Source: Bryobacterales bacterium
Lineage (GTDB): Bacteria; Acidobacteriota; Terriglobia; Bryobacterales; UBA6623
Assembly: GCA_965200705.1 (NCBI GenBank)
Contig: OZ241376.1
Coordinates: 2,569,844-2,633,843, forward strand
Reading direction: 5' to 3'
Length of the DNA: 64,000 nucleotides
The translations under genes and the position numbers were made by a program. Of this stretch, positions 19,377-29,723 are shown one piece after another; positions within the stretch are counted from its first letter, which is position 1; the number at the start of each line of letters is the position of its first letter. The notes beneath the pieces were generated by a model that was not told the origin of the DNA, did no database searches, and saw only the letters and a program-made list of their open reading frames with translations.

Positions 19377-19898
19377 TCAGTCCCATTCGCCCTTCTTGCG
19401 AAGGTTGCGGATTTTCCGCTTGATCCATTCCCGCTTCATCCTGCTCAGGTGCTCCAGGAACAGGACACCGTCGAGATGGTCGCATTCGTGGCAAACGACA
19501 CGTGCCAACAGGTTCTCGGTCTCCATTTCGACCGGCGCGCCGTTTGCGTCGCGCGCCTCGACGTGCACGGTCGCCGGTCGCGTGACCTTTTCATGGAAGC
19601 CTGGGATGGAAAGGCAGCCCTCCTCGCCTTGCTGACGAGCCTTGCCGGGCGTGATGCTGGGGTTCACCAGAACAATCCGGGCGCTTCGATCCTCCCCTGA
19701 GGTCGGGTCGATCACCGTGAGGCGGCGCAGGATGCCGATCTGAGGTGCCGCGAGGCCAATCCCGTTCGCGGCGTACATGGTCTCGAACATGTCGGCGACC
19801 AGCGCGCGCAGGGCGGGCGTGCCGAACTCTTCTTCGGGGACCGGCTCGCACGGCGTTTCGAGCACAGGGTCGCCGTACATGACGATCCGTCGGAGCAT
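19377..19898 (-). CDS. def: peptide deformylase
   Basis: The three PDF motifs are present: GIGLAAPQIG, EGCLSIPG and HECDHLDG. Its stop is 1 nt from the fmt start. Confidence 0.9.
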   Translation of the reverse strand: MLRRIVMYGDPVLETPCEPVPEEEFGTPALRALVADMFETMYAANGIGLAAPQIGILRRLTVIDPTSGEDRSARIVLVNPSITPGKARQQGEEGCLSIPGFHEKVTRPATVHVEARDANGAPVEMETENLLARVVCHECDHLDGVLFLEHLSRMKREWIKRKIRNLRKKGEWD

Positions 19899-19913
19899 CG
19901 TCCTAGAAATCTC

Positions 19914-19919
19914 ATTCTA
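19914..19919 (-). promoter_or_regulatory. candidate -10 element (TAGAAT) for def-fmt-argJ
   Basis: TAGAAT on the minus strand lies inside a conspicuously AT-rich patch (tagaaatctcattctaacttggtac), 15 nt upstream of the def ATG. No convincing -35 element. Confidence 0.3.
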
Positions 19920-20139
19920 ACTTGGTACCGCTCCTCGCCTGTTGCTGCCTCACGACCGCCGGCGGCTCCCGAGACGATCCCAACGAGGCTGCCAGCACAG
20001 CTGGTCGATGTTGTCCTGAAGCCGGCACTCTCGATGCCGCCAGGACTCGGGATCCGATTGGCGGGCCACCTTGAGCGTATGGCCCGAGGCTGGCGGCGCA
20101 ACTGCTTGCACGTCGCTGGCCACAGTACAATCGTTCGGC

Positions 20140-21306
20140 ATGATTCGCCTAGCCTGGCTGCTTCTCCTCGCAGCGTCGCTCTCAGCAGAACCTTGGGCGC
20201 GACACGTCATTGACAACACGCAGAAGGGTGCCGACGGTGTTCGCGTGGCGGATGTCAACGGAGACGGTCTGATGGACATCGCCACCGCATGGGAGCAGTC
20301 CGGCGTCGTGCGAGCCTACCTCCATCCTGGCCCGGACAAGGTCAAGGAGCCGTGGCCGGCCGTCACCGTCGGCGAGGTGGTGTCGCCGGAGGATGCCGTC
20401 TTCGTAGACATGGACGGCGACGGTGTGTTCGAGGTCGTGAGCACGACCGAGGGCGAGGACAAGTCGATCTACATCCACAAGGGCAGCGGAGACGCGTACC
20501 TCGACGCTTCCAAGTGGGAAACACAGGCCGTCCCGCGGTCCAAGGGACGGGGCCAGTGGATGTTCGCCGCTCCAATGGACGTCGACGGCAACGGCTCGAT
20601 GGACTTCGTGGCCGGCTCAAAGAACGACTTTGCGGCGATTGGTTCCTGGCGCTTCGCGAACTACCCCACGAGCAAGGGAACTTGGAGCCGCTGGTACGGA
20701 GCGGGCTGGGTCATGTCCCTAGAGGTGCATGACATGAATGGCGACGGGGCTCCTGACGTCGTAGCGAGCGACCGCAACGGGCCGCGCAGCGGAGTGCTTT
20801 GGTTCATGAACATGCCCGGAAGCGCCGCGTGGCCGGACTACCGCGTTGGTCCCGAGGGCGAACTGGAAGCCATGTTCCTGGACGTCGCCGACGTCGATGC
20901 GGACGGCAACACGGACGTTGTCCTCGCCGTCAAGGGCGGGCCCATCCAGTACTTCCGCGGTCTCGGTGCGAGGGGCACTAACTGGCGTGGCTACGACGTT
21001 GACATGCCGAGCGGTTTCGGGACCGGCAAGGGCGTGGCGGTGGGCGACATCGACAAGGACGGCAAGGCGGACATCGTGTTCACCTGCGAAGGGGCCACCG
21101 ACGCCCTGTCGGGAGTCGGTCTGCTCCGTCAGGTCGGCGATCCGACAGCCGGTGGGTGGGAGGCCAGCGACATCGGAGGGCCGGACGGCGTCAAGTTCGA
21201 CCGTCCGGAACTGGTCGACCTCGATGGCGATGGCGATCTCGATGTCTTGACAACCGAGGAGATTGACCTCCTCGGGGTCGTCTGGTACGAGAATCCGGGA
21301 CGCTAG
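20140..21306 (+). CDS. secreted FG-GAP/VCBS repeat (seven-bladed integrin-alpha-like propeller) protein
   Basis: Signal-like MIRLAWLLLLAASLSA. Seven D-x-D/N-x-D-G calcium-loop repeats: DVNGDGLMD, DMDGDGVFE, DVDGNGSMD, DMNGDGAPD, DVDADGNTD, DIDKDGKAD and DLDGDGDLD. The upstream 69 nt of the ORF-track model were discarded. Confidence 0.75.
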   Translation: MIRLAWLLLLAASLSAEPWARHVIDNTQKGADGVRVADVNGDGLMDIATAWEQSGVVRAYLHPGPDKVKEPWPAVTVGEVVSPEDAVFVDMDGDGVFEVVSTTEGEDKSIYIHKGSGDAYLDASKWETQAVPRSKGRGQWMFAAPMDVDGNGSMDFVAGSKNDFAAIGSWRFANYPTSKGTWSRWYGAGWVMSLEVHDMNGDGAPDVVASDRNGPRSGVLWFMNMPGSAAWPDYRVGPEGELEAMFLDVADVDADGNTDVVLAVKGGPIQYFRGLGARGTNWRGYDVDMPSGFGTGKGVAVGDIDKDGKADIVFTCEGATDALSGVGLLRQVGDPTAGGWEASDIGGPDGVKFDRPELVDLDGDGDLDVLTTEEIDLLGVVWYENPGR

Positions 21307-21353
21307 CCGCCCGCATTCCGCAGGCTCGTCCGATCGGGCGATAAGGTGGAGGC

Positions 21354-22559
21354 ATGTCTGGAACCGTCGCAGTCCTGCCAGACGCGCTCGGCCGATTCGG
21401 TGAGTTCGGAGGGCGATTCGCCCCCGAGATCCTGATTGCTCCGCTGGAGTCCCTCGAGGCGACCTACGAGCGAGCCTGCCAGGAGCCCGACTTTCGCGAG
21501 GAGCTGTCCGAACTCTCCCGGAAGTACGCAGGCCGGCCTACGCCGCTGTTCCACGCGCGGCGGCTCAGCGAGCATCTCGGGGGGGCGCAGATCCACCTCA
21601 AGCGCGAGGACCTTCTCCACACTGGCGCCCACAAGATCAACAACTGCCTAGGGCAGGCCCTGCTTGCACGTCGCATGGGCAAGCGACGCATCATCGCAGA
21701 GACTGGGGCTGGGCAGCACGGGGTCGCCACCGCAACGGTCTGCGCACTGTTCGGTCTCGAGTGCGTCGTGTACATGGGTTCCGAGGATATGCGGCGCCAG
21801 GCGCTGAACGTGTTTCGGATGCGACTGCTCGGCGCAGACCTCGTTGGCGTCGACATGGGCAGCTGCACTCTGAAGGACGCCATCTCCGAAGCCATGCGCG
21901 ACTGGGCGGCCAGTTTCCCTACGACCCACTACATGCTCGGGTCCGCTCTGGGGCCACATCCGTATCCGCGGATCGTGCGCGACTTCCAGAGGGTGATCGG
22001 CGTGGAGGCGCGGAAGCAGTACCAGGAGCGGTCGGGTGGCAGTCTGCCCGACTTGCTAATCGCATGCGTCGGCGGCGGCAGCAATGCGATCGGCCTGTTC
22101 CATCCGTTTCTGGACGATGCGAGCGTGCAAATGGTGGGCGTCGAGGCAGGCGGAAGGGGGCCGGCACTGGGTGATCACGCGGCGAGGTTCAGCGGTGGGT
22201 CGCTAGGGGTGCTGCAGGGGACGAAGAGCTATCTCCTGCAGGACGAGGACGGTCAGATCGCCCTGACGCACTCGATATCTGCAGGGCTCGACTACGCGTC
22301 TGTTGGTCCCGAGCACGCGTGGCTGCGCCAGCGTGGCCGAGTCGACTACACCTCCTGCACGGACGACGACGCCCTGCGGGCAGTGCAGATGCTCTCCGAG
22401 ATGGAAGGCATCATCCCGGCTCTGGAGTCCGCGCATGCGGTTGCGGAAGCCATCAAGCGGGCGCCTGATTCCCATGGGCAGGCGTTCATCGTCAACCTCT
22501 CCGGAAGGGGAGACAAGGACATCGGAATACTGCGCGAGCACATGTCCGAGCTCGGCTAG
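21354..22559 (+). CDS. trpB: tryptophan synthase beta chain
   Basis: PLP-lysine context [11 protein letters not shown], plus [10 protein letters not shown] and GGGSNAIG. 401 aa. GGTGGAGG Shine-Dalgarno upstream. No trpA is adjacent. Confidence 0.9.
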   Translation: MSGTVAVLPDALGRFGEFGGRFAPEILIAPLESLEATYERACQEPDFREELSELSRKYAGRPTPLFHARRLSEHLGGAQIHLKREDLLHTGAHKINNCLGQALLARRMGKRRIIAETGAGQHGVATATVCALFGLECVVYMGSEDMRRQALNVFRMRLLGADLVGVDMGSCTLKDAISEAMRDWAASFPTTHYMLGSALGPHPYPRIVRDFQRVIGVEARKQYQERSGGSLPDLLIACVGGGSNAIGLFHPFLDDASVQMVGVEAGGRGPALGDHAARFSGGSLGVLQGTKSYLLQDEDGQIALTHSISAGLDYASVGPEHAWLRQRGRVDYTSCTDDDALRAVQMLSEMEGIIPALESAHAVAEAIKRAPDSHGQAFIVNLSGRGDKDIGILREHMSELG

Positions 22560-22631
22560 CCGCCAGCTCTCGCTGCATTCCCTTCCAACCGGGTGCGGCC
22601 GCCGCAGGTGTCGCGGCCTGTAGTGGTCGGG

Positions 22632-24023
22632 TCAGATGGCAGCCTGGACGAACCCTGGTCGGAACACGCCGTAGGCGTCGTTTCCTGCGTCCGGACCGAG
22701 GACATTGGCCGGTACCTGTTCGATTTGCTGGCGGCACCGTTCTCGCGCCGCCTCAAGATGCTCGGGCTCCCCGGTCAAACTGCCGCCCCGGAGCACGGGG
22801 CGCAGCAGCGTCTCCGAGCGCAGGCCCTCCAGAGAGAGTGGGCACTGATTGCGCTGTTCGAATTCGTCGTAGATCCAGTCCCCTCGCATCAGGCCGTCCG
22901 CCACGAACCGCCGTACCTGCAAGATGCCCGGTGTGGACGCCTTGGCGGGGTCGTCGGAGTGCTTGGCCTTGGGCTGCCATTGCCCGCCCGCGTCGCGCAT
23001 CATCGACAGCTTGTACACACCGCTCAGTCCGGACTGGCCCTCGGCGGCCGCGATGCTTGTACCCACGCCCCAGACGTTGATCCTCGCGCCTTGGCTTCGC
23101 AGCTTGGCAATGCGGTACTCGTCCAGGTCGTTCGACGCCACGACGGCTGTAGACTCCAGCCCGGCCTCGTCAAGCATTCTTCGGGCGGTGATTGAGAGCT
23201 TCGCCAGGTCCCCGGAATCGAGGCGAATCCCGAGGAGCTTCGATCCGCGCTCCTTGAGCATGCGGCCGACGGCGACAGCCCGCTCAATGCCGGTCGCGGT
23301 GTCGTACGTGTCGACGAGGAGCACGCAGTTGTCTGGCATCGTCCGCGCGAAGGACTCGAAGGCTCTGACTTCGTTGCCGAGTGCCAGCACCCAACTATGT
23401 GCGTGGGTGCCGCGCACAGGGATCCCGTAGGTCTTGCCCGCCAGCAGGTTGGAGGTCGCGGCGCAGCCCCCGATGAAGGCAGCACGGCTTGCGCTCAGGC
23501 CGCCGTCCATGCCAGGTGCCCGGCGCAGCCCGAACTCGAGGACGGGATCGCCCCCGGTGGCCCTGCACACACGGCTGGCCTTGGTTGCGACCAGTGTCTG
23601 ATGGTTGACGATTGCCAGTAGGGCCGTCTCCGCGAGCTGCCCCTTTAGAAGCCCGCCTCGAACGCGAACGAGCGGCTCGTTCGCGAACACCACAGATCCC
23701 TCCGGGATCGCGTCCACGTCGCAGTCGAATCGAAAGTCCTTCAGGTAATCGAGAAAGGAGCGGTCGAACAGCCTCTGCCCCTTGCTGTCCTTCAGGCCGT
23801 CGAGGTAGGCCAAGTCGTCGTCCTGGAACTGCAGCGACCGCAGCCATTCGATCGCTGTGGCCAGTCCGGCCGTGATGGCAAACGCCCCGCCGAAGGGCGC
23901 TCGACGGAAGTAGTGGTGAAAGACCGCTTCGCGGTCCGCGATTCCCTCGCGCCAGTACCCGTAGGCCATCGTGACCTGGTAGAGATCCGTAAGCAGGGCG
24001 AGGGAGGAGCCGCGGCTTGTCAC
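22632..24023 (-). CDS. pncB: nicotinate phosphoribosyltransferase
   Basis: LLTDLYQVTMAYGYW at the N-terminus, GTHAHSWV and LGIRLDSGD. 463 aa. Confidence 0.85.
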   Translation of the reverse strand: MTSRGSSLALLTDLYQVTMAYGYWREGIADREAVFHHYFRRAPFGGAFAITAGLATAIEWLRSLQFQDDDLAYLDGLKDSKGQRLFDRSFLDYLKDFRFDCDVDAIPEGSVVFANEPLVRVRGGLLKGQLAETALLAIVNHQTLVATKASRVCRATGGDPVLEFGLRRAPGMDGGLSASRAAFIGGCAATSNLLAGKTYGIPVRGTHAHSWVLALGNEVRAFESFARTMPDNCVLLVDTYDTATGIERAVAVGRMLKERGSKLLGIRLDSGDLAKLSITARRMLDEAGLESTAVVASNDLDEYRIAKLRSQGARINVWGVGTSIAAAEGQSGLSGVYKLSMMRDAGGQWQPKAKHSDDPAKASTPGILQVRRFVADGLMRGDWIYDEFEQRNQCPLSLEGLRSETLLRPVLRGGSLTGEPEHLEAARERCRQQIEQVPANVLGPDAGNDAYGVFRPGFVQAAI

Positions 24024-24036
24024 CCCTGGTCCCTTC

Positions 24037-24804
24037 CTAGGGCTTGTGCCGGTTCCAGATCATGCGCAGCCCCTCCAAGGTCAGATCCTTGTCGACGCGC
24101 TGGATGTATCTTGACTGCGCCCACAGGATAGCCGCCTGTCCACCTGTGGCGACGACCGCCACGTCCTCGCCAAGCATCGGGAGGACGTGGCCCAAAATGC
24201 CGTCGAGCATGCCGAGCATGCCGTAGTAGAAGCCGGACTGCAGGCTCTCCACTGTGTTCGTTCCGATGATCTTGGCAGGCGGCCGCAAGTCGATCTGGGG
24301 AAGGCGCGCCGTGCGCTTGACGAGTGCCTGGGACGAGACGTGTATGCCGGGACAGATGATGCCGCCGAGGTATTCGCGGTCCCGGGACACGGCGTCGAAC
24401 GTGATCGCTGTCCCGAAGTCCACGGCCACGCAAGGGCAGCCGTAAAGCTCCGATGCCGCAACGGCGTTCACGATACGGTCGGCTCCGAGCTCTTCCGGCT
24501 GGTCCACGAGGATCTTGAGGCCCGCCGCGGTGTCGGGAGAAACCTGCAGAGGCTCCAAGTCCAGGTAGCGGTGGGCCATCCCGCTGATCGATGCATCCAG
24601 CTGGGGGACGACCGACGAGAATATGAACCCGTCGATGTCCGCTAGCTGGAGTCTGGCGAGTGTAACGAGGTTGTTGAACAGGGCGCCCCAGCCGTCGATT
24701 GTCTGCTCTGGATCGGTCTTGAGGCGCCAATGTGCGCGGAGACGCTCGGCGTCGAAAAGGCCGATGGTCAGATTGGTGTTCCCGACATCCACCGCCAGCA
24801 GCAT
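24037..24804 (-). CDS. coaX: type III pantothenate kinase
   Basis: MLLAVDVGNTNLTIGLF (the ASKHA phosphate-1 motif typical of CoaX) and DFGTAITFD. 255 aa. Confidence 0.9.
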   Translation of the reverse strand: MLLAVDVGNTNLTIGLFDAERLRAHWRLKTDPEQTIDGWGALFNNLVTLARLQLADIDGFIFSSVVPQLDASISGMAHRYLDLEPLQVSPDTAAGLKILVDQPEELGADRIVNAVAASELYGCPCVAVDFGTAITFDAVSRDREYLGGIICPGIHVSSQALVKRTARLPQIDLRPPAKIIGTNTVESLQSGFYYGMLGMLDGILGHVLPMLGEDVAVVATGGQAAILWAQSRYIQRVDKDLTLEGLRMIWNRHKP

Positions 24805-24807
24805 CGA

Positions 24808-25578
24808 TCACATTGTGCACGGGTCAGGCCGGACGCTGCCCGCGACAACGGGCGCAACGGTCCCATCGTGTGCGCGAAGGAGCAGCTGGCCACTCGCGTT
24901 CAGCCCTGCTGTGACGCCCTCCCTTGGCGCATCCGACCCGTCCGGCAGGCCTTCGACGACCACACGTCGACCGGACACGTACGAGGACGCACGCTGGAAT
25001 GCCTCCATGATCGGTGCGCTGCCGCCCCTCTCGTAAAGTCCGTAGCACGCCTCCAGCGCGTCCAGTAGACCGGGCAGGATGTCGTCACGACTCCATGTCC
25101 TTCCGGTCTCCATCCAGAGGGACGTCGCCGTGGCTGCCAGGTCTTCGGGGAACGCCTCGTGGTTCAGGTTCACGCCGATGCCGGCGACGACGTGCGACAC
25201 CGTTCTGCGCTCGGCCTCCATCTCCACGAGAATCCCGCAGCACTTGCGCTCGGCGATGAGGATGTCGTTCGGCCACCGAATGTCGCAGCGGACTCCGGTG
25301 GTGGTCTCCAGCGCCTCCTTGACGGCCAGTCCGATCACAAGGGTGAGGACGGGCGCCTGGTCGGGCGAGCACTGCGGACGCAGCACCGCCGAGAGATACA
25401 GGCCTTGTCCGGGGGCCGACAACCATGAACGGGAGTGCCGACCGCGTCCGGCGGTCTGCTGCCTGGCCGTTACGACGCAGCCCTCCGGGCATCCGGCCCG
25501 CGCCAGCTCCGCGGCTCTCCGCATGGTTGTGTCCAAGCTGCCGTAGTGATACGCCGGATGACCGAAAGTTCTCGCCAT
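24808..25578 (-). CDS. birA: biotin--[acetyl-CoA-carboxylase] ligase, catalytic-only type without N-terminal HTH
   Basis: QTAGRGRHSRSW (GRGRxGRxW-type biotin-binding loop), IRWPNDIL and GIGVN. At 256 aa there is no room for a repressor domain. It sits immediately upstream of coaX. Confidence 0.85.
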   Translation of the reverse strand: MARTFGHPAYHYGSLDTTMRRAAELARAGCPEGCVVTARQQTAGRGRHSRSWLSAPGQGLYLSAVLRPQCSPDQAPVLTLVIGLAVKEALETTTGVRCDIRWPNDILIAERKCCGILVEMEAERRTVSHVVAGIGVNLNHEAFPEDLAATATSLWMETGRTWSRDDILPGLLDALEACYGLYERGGSAPIMEAFQRASSYVSGRRVVVEGLPDGSDAPREGVTAGLNASGQLLLRAHDGTVAPVVAGSVRPDPCTM

Positions 25579-25640
25579 GTTGCGTCGGAGCTAGGCTGCC
25601 GCGGAGTCAGGCCATAGCGGCGAGATCACAAACGGTCCAG

Positions 25641-28259
25641 TCAGCGGAGATCCGCCACTGTCGGAGCGGATCGGGTCGGCAGATGGGCTCGGAGTTCCTC
25701 GATCACCGCCTCGTGGCCCTTGACCGCTGCCAGATTGCTCACCTCGCGCGGGTCGTTTGCGTGGTCGTACAGCTCCTCGGTGCCGTCGGCGTAGCGGATG
25801 TAGCGCCATCGATTCGACCGCACCGCGTGGTTACCTCGTTGGTAGGTCATCGCGACCGCGCCCTCGCGGCTCGAATCTTCCAGCAATGGCACGAGGCTCT
25901 GTCCGTCCAGACCAGGCTTGGGCGGCAGTCCGGTCAGCTCCAAGAGCGTTGGATACAGATCGAGAAGGGAGACCGGTGTCTCGACCCTGGTGTTCGGCCT
26001 CACCTTGCCTGGGGCGGCGACGATCAGGGGAACGCGCGTCGTCTTCTCCCAGAGGGCGAACTTCTCCCAGTGGCCCTTCTCTCCGAGGTGGTAGCCGTGG
26101 TCGGACCAGAGAACGATGACCGTGGACTTGGCGTGAGGGGACAGGGCCAGCCCATCCACCAGCCTTCCAATTTGGTGGTCCGCGAACGTGGCGCTCGCGA
26201 GATACGACCGGACCGCCTCGCGCCAGGTGCCCGGGGCCTTCTCCTCCTTGGCGAGGATCGCCCGCATGAAGTGTGCCTTCTGGTCTAGGAGCGCCTGACC
26301 TCCGGAAGGTATGTCCTCCAAGTCGTCGACCCAGCTGTGGGGCATCGCGTTGCGGTCCTTCGGGTAGTGCGCGAAGTACATCGGTGGCACGTGGAACGGC
26401 ATGTGGGGCCGAAACAGGCCGATGGCCAGGAAGAATGGCTCCTCGCGCTCCTGCTGCAGGAACCGGATGCCGTAGTCGACGGCCCGGGCATCAGGCGTAT
26501 CGGATTCCTGCGGCGGCCATGGTCCCCAGTCGAAGTTGAGGCTGCGGACCGCGTCAATGCCGTTGAACTTTCGGCTGGGCATCACGTCGAGCTGCATCGT
26601 CTCGAAGCGATGGAAGGACTCGTCGTCGTGGAACACGCTGTTGTCGAAGTGGTGGAAGATCTTGCCGGCTCCTTCGACTCGGTAGCCGTGGTTCATAAAG
26701 TACCGTGGCAGGGTCACCGCGTCGGGCAGTGCCAACCGCCAGTTCGAGCGGTTGCCATAGATGCCTGTGGTCGAGGGCGCCAGTCCGGTCAGCAGGGCAA
26801 CACGGGAGGGATTGCAGGCCGGCGAGGCCGTGTAGGCGCGTTCAAACAGGGCGCCGCGCCGCGCCAGGCGGCGAAAGTTCGGCATAACCACCGGCGAGTC
26901 CGGTTCCATCACCCAGTCATTGAGGTCGTCTACCGCAATGAATAGGACATTGGGCTTGCCTGCCGCGTCGGGAGCTTCCTGTGGCGGGTTCTGGGCTCCG
27001 CGGACTGTGGACGCCGGCCCCTCCTCGTCCTGCCAAACCCGCTGGTCCAGCTCCTCGATCTTGAAACGCACGCTGACGATGTAGGGCTGCTCGTCTGGCG
27101 TCCAAGTGCCGTAGGTTGTGGTGACGATCGTCCCGTCGGGGAGGAGCAGGACGCCTGGATAGGCCGTGTCGGCTCCCTTGTGGTTGTCCATCAGGCGGAC
27201 ACGGTACTGACCCTCGCGCCCCTCCACGATGTCTTCGTACGTGCCCACCCAGCCGACCCAGTCCCCGAAGGTCGGCGTGACATGGGTGCGGTCGCGGAAG
27301 CTGATGAACAGCCGCCCGTCCGGCGCGTAGACCGCCGTGTGACGGTCGCCGGTGAGGGATCCGGGAAGTTCGCGCGGCTCCGTCCAGGTCTCCCCCTCGT
27401 CGTCCGAGAAGATGACGAACGAATTGAGGGTGCGGCTGTTTTCCCTCAGCAGCAGCGCGATCTGTTTTCCGTCAGGGGACCGAACGACACCTGGTTCGCA
27501 CAGACGGGCAGTCTCGTGCTTGGCGATTATCTTCGGCTGCGACCAGGTGAGTCCGCCGTCGGTTGAGACGACGCTGTACACCTCGAATCGTCTGCCGTCG
27601 GGGACCACGGGCGGATCGCGCAGCCATCGGCCGTCGTCATGGAAGAACGCCATGTACGATCCGTCCTTCCTCTCGACCATCGAGCCCATGGTCACGATGC
27701 CTCCGTAGCTCGGACCTGGGGTGTTGATGGGCTTCAGGGGCGACCACGTGTCGCCTTCGTTCTCCGAGTAGGCCACCCGAATGCCCCCGGCCTTGCCCGA
27801 GAACATCAGCACACGAGGCGTGCCCTGCGGATCAACAAGCCGGAACAGGGTCGGAACCTCCATAGAGGTTTCCCAGTTCTCGGGCGTGGGAAGCCGCTCG
27901 GTCCAGGTCAAACCGCCGTCGAAGCTCTTCTTGTAGACGATGCCTCCACGGCCATGGCCCTTCGGATACGTGATCAGGATTGTCTTGTTGTCGGGCATCA
28001 GAAGCGTCGACGGGTGCCCGAGGTACTGTCCGGCCTCCCGGTCGACGATCACCTGCCGGTGCGTCTCGTGCGCAAGATCGACCGTCGGTATCGAGTAGCC
28101 ACGCGGCACTTCCTGTGCGTTCAACGCAGCGACGGTCCCCCAAATGAGGAGAGAGGTCGCGAGCAAGCCGGGCCGGGATCTCATGGTGCAAGCAGGGTGG
28201 TGCCGAGGCATCGCGCCACCAATCTTATAGGCTTGCCGAACTCTCGACGCCTGCGTCAT
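25641..28259 (-). CDS. secreted fusion protein: N-terminal BNR/sialidase-like beta-propeller + C-terminal formylglycine-type sulfatase
   Basis: Four Asp-box repeats: SFDGGLTW, SENEGDTW, STDGGLTW and SDDEGETW (aa about 110-295). A Pro/Ala/Gln linker spans aa about 410-435. The sulfatase module follows: NVLFIAVDDLND, the C-x-P-x-R site SPACNPSRVALLTG, and VLWSDHGYHLGE. The first ATG (28259) overlaps the upstream stop (ATGA). An internal ATG 28184 precedes the signal-like MRSRPGLLATSLLIWGTVAALNA. Confidence 0.75.
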   Translation of the reverse strand: MTQASRVRQAYKIGGAMPRHHPACTMRSRPGLLATSLLIWGTVAALNAQEVPRGYSIPTVDLAHETHRQVIVDREAGQYLGHPSTLLMPDNKTILITYPKGHGRGGIVYKKSFDGGLTWTERLPTPENWETSMEVPTLFRLVDPQGTPRVLMFSGKAGGIRVAYSENEGDTWSPLKPINTPGPSYGGIVTMGSMVERKDGSYMAFFHDDGRWLRDPPVVPDGRRFEVYSVVSTDGGLTWSQPKIIAKHETARLCEPGVVRSPDGKQIALLLRENSRTLNSFVIFSDDEGETWTEPRELPGSLTGDRHTAVYAPDGRLFISFRDRTHVTPTFGDWVGWVGTYEDIVEGREGQYRVRLMDNHKGADTAYPGVLLLPDGTIVTTTYGTWTPDEQPYIVSVRFKIEELDQRVWQDEEGPASTVRGAQNPPQEAPDAAGKPNVLFIAVDDLNDWVMEPDSPVVMPNFRRLARRGALFERAYTASPACNPSRVALLTGLAPSTTGIYGNRSNWRLALPDAVTLPRYFMNHGYRVEGAGKIFHHFDNSVFHDDESFHRFETMQLDVMPSRKFNGIDAVRSLNFDWGPWPPQESDTPDARAVDYGIRFLQQEREEPFFLAIGLFRPHMPFHVPPMYFAHYPKDRNAMPHSWVDDLEDIPSGGQALLDQKAHFMRAILAKEEKAPGTWREAVRSYLASATFADHQIGRLVDGLALSPHAKSTVIVLWSDHGYHLGEKGHWEKFALWEKTTRVPLIVAAPGKVRPNTRVETPVSLLDLYPTLLELTGLPPKPGLDGQSLVPLLEDSSREGAVAMTYQRGNHAVRSNRWRYIRYADGTEELYDHANDPREVSNLAAVKGHEAVIEELRAHLPTRSAPTVADLR

Positions 28260-29281
28260 ACGGCCACTGGGTGGCCCGAGCTGGCGGACGCGTAGACAGT
28301 CTCAACAACGGCCAGTGTCCTGAGATAGTCCTCGCCCGTGCTCTCGAACGAGTTGCCGTTCAGCAGGCAGTCGACGAAGTGGCGTTGGAGACGGTGGACG
28401 CAGTCCCCCGCAAAGGCACGGTTCTCCCGTTTGTACGACACCTGCTGAACCGGCATGCCGAGGGGCTTGATTCGCATTGACGAGTCGGCCTCCATCGCCA
28501 GGTGCCCCTGAGTGCCGTCCAGTCGAAACTCGCCGAACGTGTAGCGGGGGTTCTCTGTTTCGGATTCGTTGTAACGGTTCGCGTCGAGAATGGCGGTTGC
28601 TCCGGAGCCAAAGCGGAAGCAGATGTAGCCGGCATCCTCTCCCTTGATGACGGGGTTGAGCCGCTTCAGGACCGCGAAGACCTCCTCGATCTCCCCTAGC
28701 AGGAAGCGGAACGTGTCGCAGAAGTGGACAGCCGTTTCGTAGACGAGCAGGCGCGGGTAGTCGCGGAAGAATGGCTGGCGACTGAGATACGCGTCCTCGC
28801 CCCAGCCGTCACCTGTGCGCATCCGAAAGAACAGATGGGTCGGCGTGCCGATGCACCCCTCGTCCAGTAGCGCCTTCGCCTTGCGGTACCAGGGCTGCCA
28901 GCGGAAATTCTCGTGCACCATCAGGCGCACTCCCGCCTCGCGCGCGTTGTCAACGATCGCCACGCTCTCCGCCAGCGTCGGGGCAAGGGGCTTCTGACAG
29001 ACGATGTCGATAGTGCAAGCGGCGGCGAACGCGCAAATCTCTTGGTGAGAAGCGGGCGGCGTGATGATGTCGACGAAGTCCGGCCGCTCGCGATCGATCA
29101 TCTCCCTCCAGTCCGCGTAGACCCGCGGAACGCCGTATTCGTTGGCCCGGTTACGCGCCTTCGCTTCGTCGAGGTCGCAGACCGCCACCAGTTCGACCTC
29201 GGGTATCCGGCTCCAGGCCTCGCAGTGGAACTCCGAGAAGTACCCAGCTCCGATTGCCACACCACGGAGTCGGCGGTTCAT
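28256..29281 (-). CDS. Gfo/Idh/MocA-family oxidoreductase
   Basis: Rossmann start LRGVAIGAGYFSEFH, CQKPLA and HENFRWQPWY. 341 aa. Confidence 0.8.
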   Translation of the reverse strand: MNRRLRGVAIGAGYFSEFHCEAWSRIPEVELVAVCDLDEAKARNRANEYGVPRVYADWREMIDRERPDFVDIITPPASHQEICAFAAACTIDIVCQKPLAPTLAESVAIVDNAREAGVRLMVHENFRWQPWYRKAKALLDEGCIGTPTHLFFRMRTGDGWGEDAYLSRQPFFRDYPRLLVYETAVHFCDTFRFLLGEIEEVFAVLKRLNPVIKGEDAGYICFRFGSGATAILDANRYNESETENPRYTFGEFRLDGTQGHLAMEADSSMRIKPLGMPVQQVSYKRENRAFAGDCVHRLQRHFVDCLLNGNSFESTGEDYLRTLAVVETVYASASSGHPVAV

Positions 29282-29723
29282 GCAGCCACTTTACTGGTCT
29301 TGGTCTCGCCAAATCTCCCGCACCTAAGGTCGGTTCCGCCGCGGACGGACCACGGAGTCGAGGCATCACGTGGCCGCGATGCGACGCTCTGGAGCCTTAG
29401 TCAATTTGGGCGAGCTCAAAGGCCACTCGTCGGTCGCCTGCGCAATCCTTGCCCCGGGCAGCTTGGTCGAACCCGTCTGCGCCCGGCCGGCCCTCGTCAG
29501 AGCGGCTGATTGCCCCTCCCGCAGCAGCACGGCGGCCCGCTCGAGGGTGGCACCCGGATGTCCCACGGCAGACTGCATTCCCATGGAGCCTGACTCCGCT
29601 GCACCCGATGCCTGCAGCCGACACAAGCGACAGGCCCGGCTTTCGCCCGAACCCATCCGCAACGCCATGTTGCAGTTCCAATGCTGGGTGCTCCTGCACC
29701 GGACCACTGTCTGGCGTACCTGC

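Noticed and set aside
20106-20131. Sigma-70-like promoter TTGCAC-N14-TACAAT immediately upstream of the FG-GAP gene.
   Set aside because: The 14-nt spacer is too short for a functional -35/-10 pair. The TACAAT alone, 8 nt from the ATG, would imply a leaderless transcript, which I cannot support.
29282-29723. A large structured RNA (RNase P RNA, tmRNA) in the 440-nt ORF-poor stretch.
   Set aside because: I could not find the conserved RNase P P4 sequence (GAGGAAAGTCC-type) or the tmRNA tRNA-like ends or tag ORF on either strand. This was only a visual check, so a covariance-model scan is still advisable.
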